A stretch of DNA of 62,871 nt, the filler included. It is 4 parts of 4 records of this genome, joined end to end, with 100 filler letters (N's around TTAATTAATTAA, not from the genome) between each part and the next. Parts side by side here need not be neighbours in the genome. Positions count along the whole stretch, not along the records: positions 31,161 to 62,871 come from SRR22947727_3536; 3 more parts are not named here. One strand, written 5' to 3'. How positions within the stretch are numbered: the stretch's first letter is position 1; every line of letters begins with the position of its first letter. The notes under the pieces were generated by a model, which searched no databases, had not been told where the DNA came from, and saw only the letters and a list, made by a program, of their open reading frames with translations. Shown in pieces: positions 59,849 to 62,871 of this stretch. A program made the translations under genes and the position numbers.

Positions 59849-60029
59849 CGCTTTGTTGTGATTGATTGCATTTTGCGACCAATTGGACGGTCCAATTGGA
59901 GGATATTTCCAAGTTCCGCTCCCAATTGCCTTGAAGTCGTGATTTTTAACAAATTCTTCGAAGAATAATCTCGAAATGTGTCACTTTGCCGCGACTGTTT
60001 CCACCGTCTCTTTTGTTCAATAATCTTTG

Positions 60030-62813
60030 ATGAGTTCTTCGATAGCCGCGCGCGCCAATGCTGATTTGCTTGATAGCAAATACGCCGAATGGAAATCCGA
60101 CCCTGATTCTGTCGAATCTGACTGGGCTTGTTTTTTCGAGGGTTTTGAATTGGGGATGGCAACGCCGCCGAAGGGTGGCAAATCTGCTCCGAACACCGCA
60201 ACGGAAATTGCGAGTTCGCTCGATACGACGACTCGAGCGCGCATTGTCACGCTGGTCTACACTTACCGGACGTTGGGCCACACCAAAGCGTGGGTAAATC
60301 CGCTGGATGAAGCGCCGCCGGAGCCGGAGGTGCTCAATTTAAAGGAGCTCGGATTTCAGGTGGCTCATCTGGATGAGGATGTTTCAACTCAGTTTTTCAA
60401 AAGCGGCAAAGTATTGAGGTTGAGGGAGTTAATTACTCAGCTTGAAGCAATTTACTGTGGGAAGATCGGTTATGAATTCATGCATATCAGCCAGCCAAAT
60501 GTGCGGCATTGGATGCGGGATCGGATCGAGGCCCGGCTGTCGGAGCCTGATATTTCCCGGGAAAAGAAGGAAGATGCGTTGACCTGGTTGACTCATGCGG
60601 AGGCTTTTGAGGAATTTTTGCATCGTAAATACGTCGGGCAAAAGCGTTTTTCGATTGAGGGAGGCGAATCTCTCATGGTGGCGCTGAATGCGATCGTGGA
60701 ACGCGCCGGCGAGCGGAAGCAGAAGGAAATCATTATGGGAATGGCTCATCGCGGCCGTTTGAATGTTCTGGCGAATTTTCTAAAGAAGCCGCTGAAAATC
60801 CTTTTGTATGAGTTCTCGGAGAACTATGTCCCGAATCTGGTCGCGGGTGATGGTGATGTGAAATACCACCTGGGATTTGATAGCATGCGCAAGACTAATT
60901 CGGGTCACGAAATCAGGATTCACCTGGCCGCAAACCCGAGTCACCTTGAAGCCGTAAATGCTGTGGTTGAAGGGAAAGCCCGCGCGCGGCAACGTGCGAA
61001 TGATCCCAATCTGCGCGATTCGGGTTCGAAGCGCGTTCCGATTTTGCCAATTTTGATACACGGAGATGCTGCCTTTGCAGGGCAGGGCAGTGTTGCTGAA
61101 ACGCTGAATTTATCGAAGTTGGGCGGTTACCGCACGGGTGGAACGATTCATATCGTGGTGAACAATCAGGTCGGTTTTACAACGACTCCGGAAGATGCTC
61201 GATCATCAGCGTATTGCACAGATGTCGCCAAGATGATTGATGCGCCGGTCCTTCATGTGAATGGTGATTCGCCATTGGATGTGATGTTTGCGGCTGAGCT
61301 GGCATTGGATTTCCGCAATACGTTCAAGCTGGATGTCATTCTCGATATCGTTTGCTACCGTCGCCACGGACACAACGAGGGGGATGAACCTGCGTTCACA
61401 TTACCGAAATCCTATCGCAATATTCGTGCGCATGACACACCGGTGACCGTTTTTGGCAATGCATTGGTGGCGGCTGGCGATTTCACACGCGAAGAGGTTT
61501 CTGCTATTGAAGATGATTACCGGGCTGAGATGGATCAGCAGCTATCTGAACTTCAGGAAGCGGAGAAGAAGGGTAATCGTGATGAATATTCGGGCGCAGT
61601 CGGCGCGGCTCAGCCTCCGTTCAATTTCGAACGGGTTCCTACCGGGGTGAAACGAGAGTTGCTCGATGAAGTCGGCACTAAGATTTCCCGCGTTCCGGCA
61701 GGGGTCATGATCAACGCCAAATTGGACAAGCGTTTTCTCGGGCCTCGTCAAAAGGCAATGGAAACCGGTGAGGGGATCAACTGGGCATTTGCGGAGTCGC
61801 TCGCGTTCGGAACCCTGATCAAAGAAGGTCAGCACGTTCGTCTTTCCGGTCAGGATTGTCGTCGGGGAACGTTCGCTCAGCGTCATGTGGTGCTTTATCA
61901 TCCGGAAACCCGCGATCGTTATGTGCCGTTGAATCGGATGGATGAGGGGCAAACGGCTAAGTTGTGGGTCTACAATTCGCTGTTGTCTGAGTTTGCTGTT
62001 CTGGGGTTTGAATACGGGTATTCGCTGATGACGGACGATATGCTCACGTTGTGGGAGGCTCAGTTTGGTGATTTTGCGAATGGCGCGCAGGTGATTATCG
62101 ATCAGTTCATTACCTCTGCCGAGTCTAAGTGGCAGCGGAATAGCAATTTGGTGATGCTGTTGCCTCACGGTTACGAAGGGCAGGGCCCAGAGCACAGCTC
62201 AGCTCGATTGGAACGATTTTTACAGCTTTGTGCCGAGAATAATATTCAGGTTTGTAACCTGACGACGCCGGCTCAGTATTTTCATGTGTTGCGTCGCCAG
62301 ATGGTGCGGGACGATATCCGGAAGCCACTTATTTTGATGACTCCCAAGAGTCTTTTGAATCATTCACTTTGTATGTCATCACTTGATGAGATGGCTGAAG
62401 GCACGTCTTTTCAGGAAATTATTGATGATGATTTCGAGGAGCTTCGTGAACCGGATCGGATTGATCGGGTTGTCTTCTGCTCAGGAAAAGTGTTCTACGA
62501 TCTGGATGACTACCGTAAACGGCTCAACATCGAGAATGTCGCGATTGTCCGGATGGAACAGCTTTATCCTTACCATCGCGAGAAAATGAAGGAGCTCGCG
62601 AAGAAATACGAAGCGGCCAGCAAAATCGTGTGGTGTCAGGAAGAACCCTTGAATATGGGAGCGTGGTCATTCATTGGCCCGCGCCTCCAGAAGCTGACTG
62701 AGCACAAAGTTCGTTACGCGGGTCGCGGTTCGGCAGCGAGTACGTCGACCGGTTCCAAAGCGATTCATAAACGCGAACAAAAAGCGCTCGTCGAAGAGGC
62801 ATTTAACGTCTGA
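60030..62813 (+). CDS. sucA: 2-oxoglutarate dehydrogenase E1 component
   Basis: KRFSIEGGE, GMAHRGRLNVL, GDVKYHLG, NPSHLE, HGDAAFAGQG, RRHGHNEGD, RLSGQD, WEAQFGDF, LPHGYEGQGPEHSSAR. Confidence 0.98.
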   Translation: MSSSIAARANADLLDSKYAEWKSDPDSVESDWACFFEGFELGMATPPKGGKSAPNTATEIASSLDTTTRARIVTLVYTYRTLGHTKAWVNPLDEAPPEPEVLNLKELGFQVAHLDEDVSTQFFKSGKVLRLRELITQLEAIYCGKIGYEFMHISQPNVRHWMRDRIEARLSEPDISREKKEDALTWLTHAEAFEEFLHRKYVGQKRFSIEGGESLMVALNAIVERAGERKQKEIIMGMAHRGRLNVLANFLKKPLKILLYEFSENYVPNLVAGDGDVKYHLGFDSMRKTNSGHEIRIHLAANPSHLEAVNAVVEGKARARQRANDPNLRDSGSKRVPILPILIHGDAAFAGQGSVAETLNLSKLGGYRTGGTIHIVVNNQVGFTTTPEDARSSAYCTDVAKMIDAPVLHVNGDSPLDVMFAAELALDFRNTFKLDVILDIVCYRRHGHNEGDEPAFTLPKSYRNIRAHDTPVTVFGNALVAAGDFTREEVSAIEDDYRAEMDQQLSELQEAEKKGNRDEYSGAVGAAQPPFNFERVPTGVKRELLDEVGTKISRVPAGVMINAKLDKRFLGPRQKAMETGEGINWAFAESLAFGTLIKEGQHVRLSGQDCRRGTFAQRHVVLYHPETRDRYVPLNRMDEGQTAKLWVYNSLLSEFAVLGFEYGYSLMTDDMLTLWEAQFGDFANGAQVIIDQFITSAESKWQRNSNLVMLLPHGYEGQGPEHSSARLERFLQLCAENNIQVCNLTTPAQYFHVLRRQMVRDDIRKPLILMTPKSLLNHSLCMSSLDEMAEGTSFQEIIDDDFEELREPDRIDRVVFCSGKVFYDLDDYRKRLNIENVAIVRMEQLYPYHREKMKELAKKYEAASKIVWCQEEPLNMGAWSFIGPRLQKLTEHKVRYAGRGSAASTSTGSKAIHKREQKALVEEAFNV

Positions 62814-62856
62814 TCATCCTCAATTTGAATTTTTAGAACCTCTTACCTTTTAAGTC

Positions 62857-62871
62857 ATGTCCAACGAAATC
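62857..62871 (+). CDS. probable start of dihydrolipoamide succinyltransferase (MSNEI...)
   Basis: ATG 43 nt after the sucA stop; expected sucB position; only 5 codons visible. Confidence 0.35.

Noticed and set aside
61542..62195. Long antisense ORFs opposite sucA (also opposite sucC, DUF1080, TPR, rapA, ppk1)
   Set aside because: Shadow ORFs expected from codon bias of well-supported genes on the other strand.

Overview
The window is four unrelated or loosely related contigs joined by artificial N/TTAATTAATTAA linkers (6641-6740, 21170-21269, 31061-31160), so genes on opposite sides of a linker are not real neighbours. Contig 1 (1-6640) looks gammaproteobacterial: pilN-pilO-pilP-pilQ-aroK-aroB-SPOR/damX-like on the minus strand, with possible reading-frame defects in pilO/pilP. 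Contig 2 (6741-21169) also looks gammaproteobacterial (OM60/NOR5-like by impression). It carries an Ntn acylase, an ALS-like ThDP enzyme, a beta-oxidation pair, XdhC, a fatty-acid hydroxylase, a carotenoid/stilbene cleavage oxygenase divergent from a P450, two paralogous secreted Ig-like proteins (one with an HExxH motif), and the start of a DEAD-box helicase. Contigs 3 (21270-31060) and 4 (31161-62871) look verrucomicrobial and probably come from one organism, because they share a ~52-bp palindromic intergenic repeat (9 copies). Contig 3 holds sucC-[queD-like]-sucD, DUF1080, arsS-arsM, SRAP and a giant TPR protein. Contig 4 holds a truncated hsdM, GT4, a Gfo/Idh/MocA oxidoreductase, PAP2, ppk1, rapA, an esterase, a secreted repeat protein plus amidoligase fragment, aroD, sdhCAB, rsmI, lptE, bamD-like, a PL2 pectate lyase, lptF/G, an MFS transporter, attC-like sites around orphan genes, and sucA. 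The best leads are the palindromic repeat family, the cassette-like attC region, the repeat-protein/amidoligase operon, queD inside sucCD, the arsS-arsM pair, and the PL2 lipoprotein inside the Lpt/Bam locus. Taxonomy and family assignments come from motif recognition only; no database searches were run.
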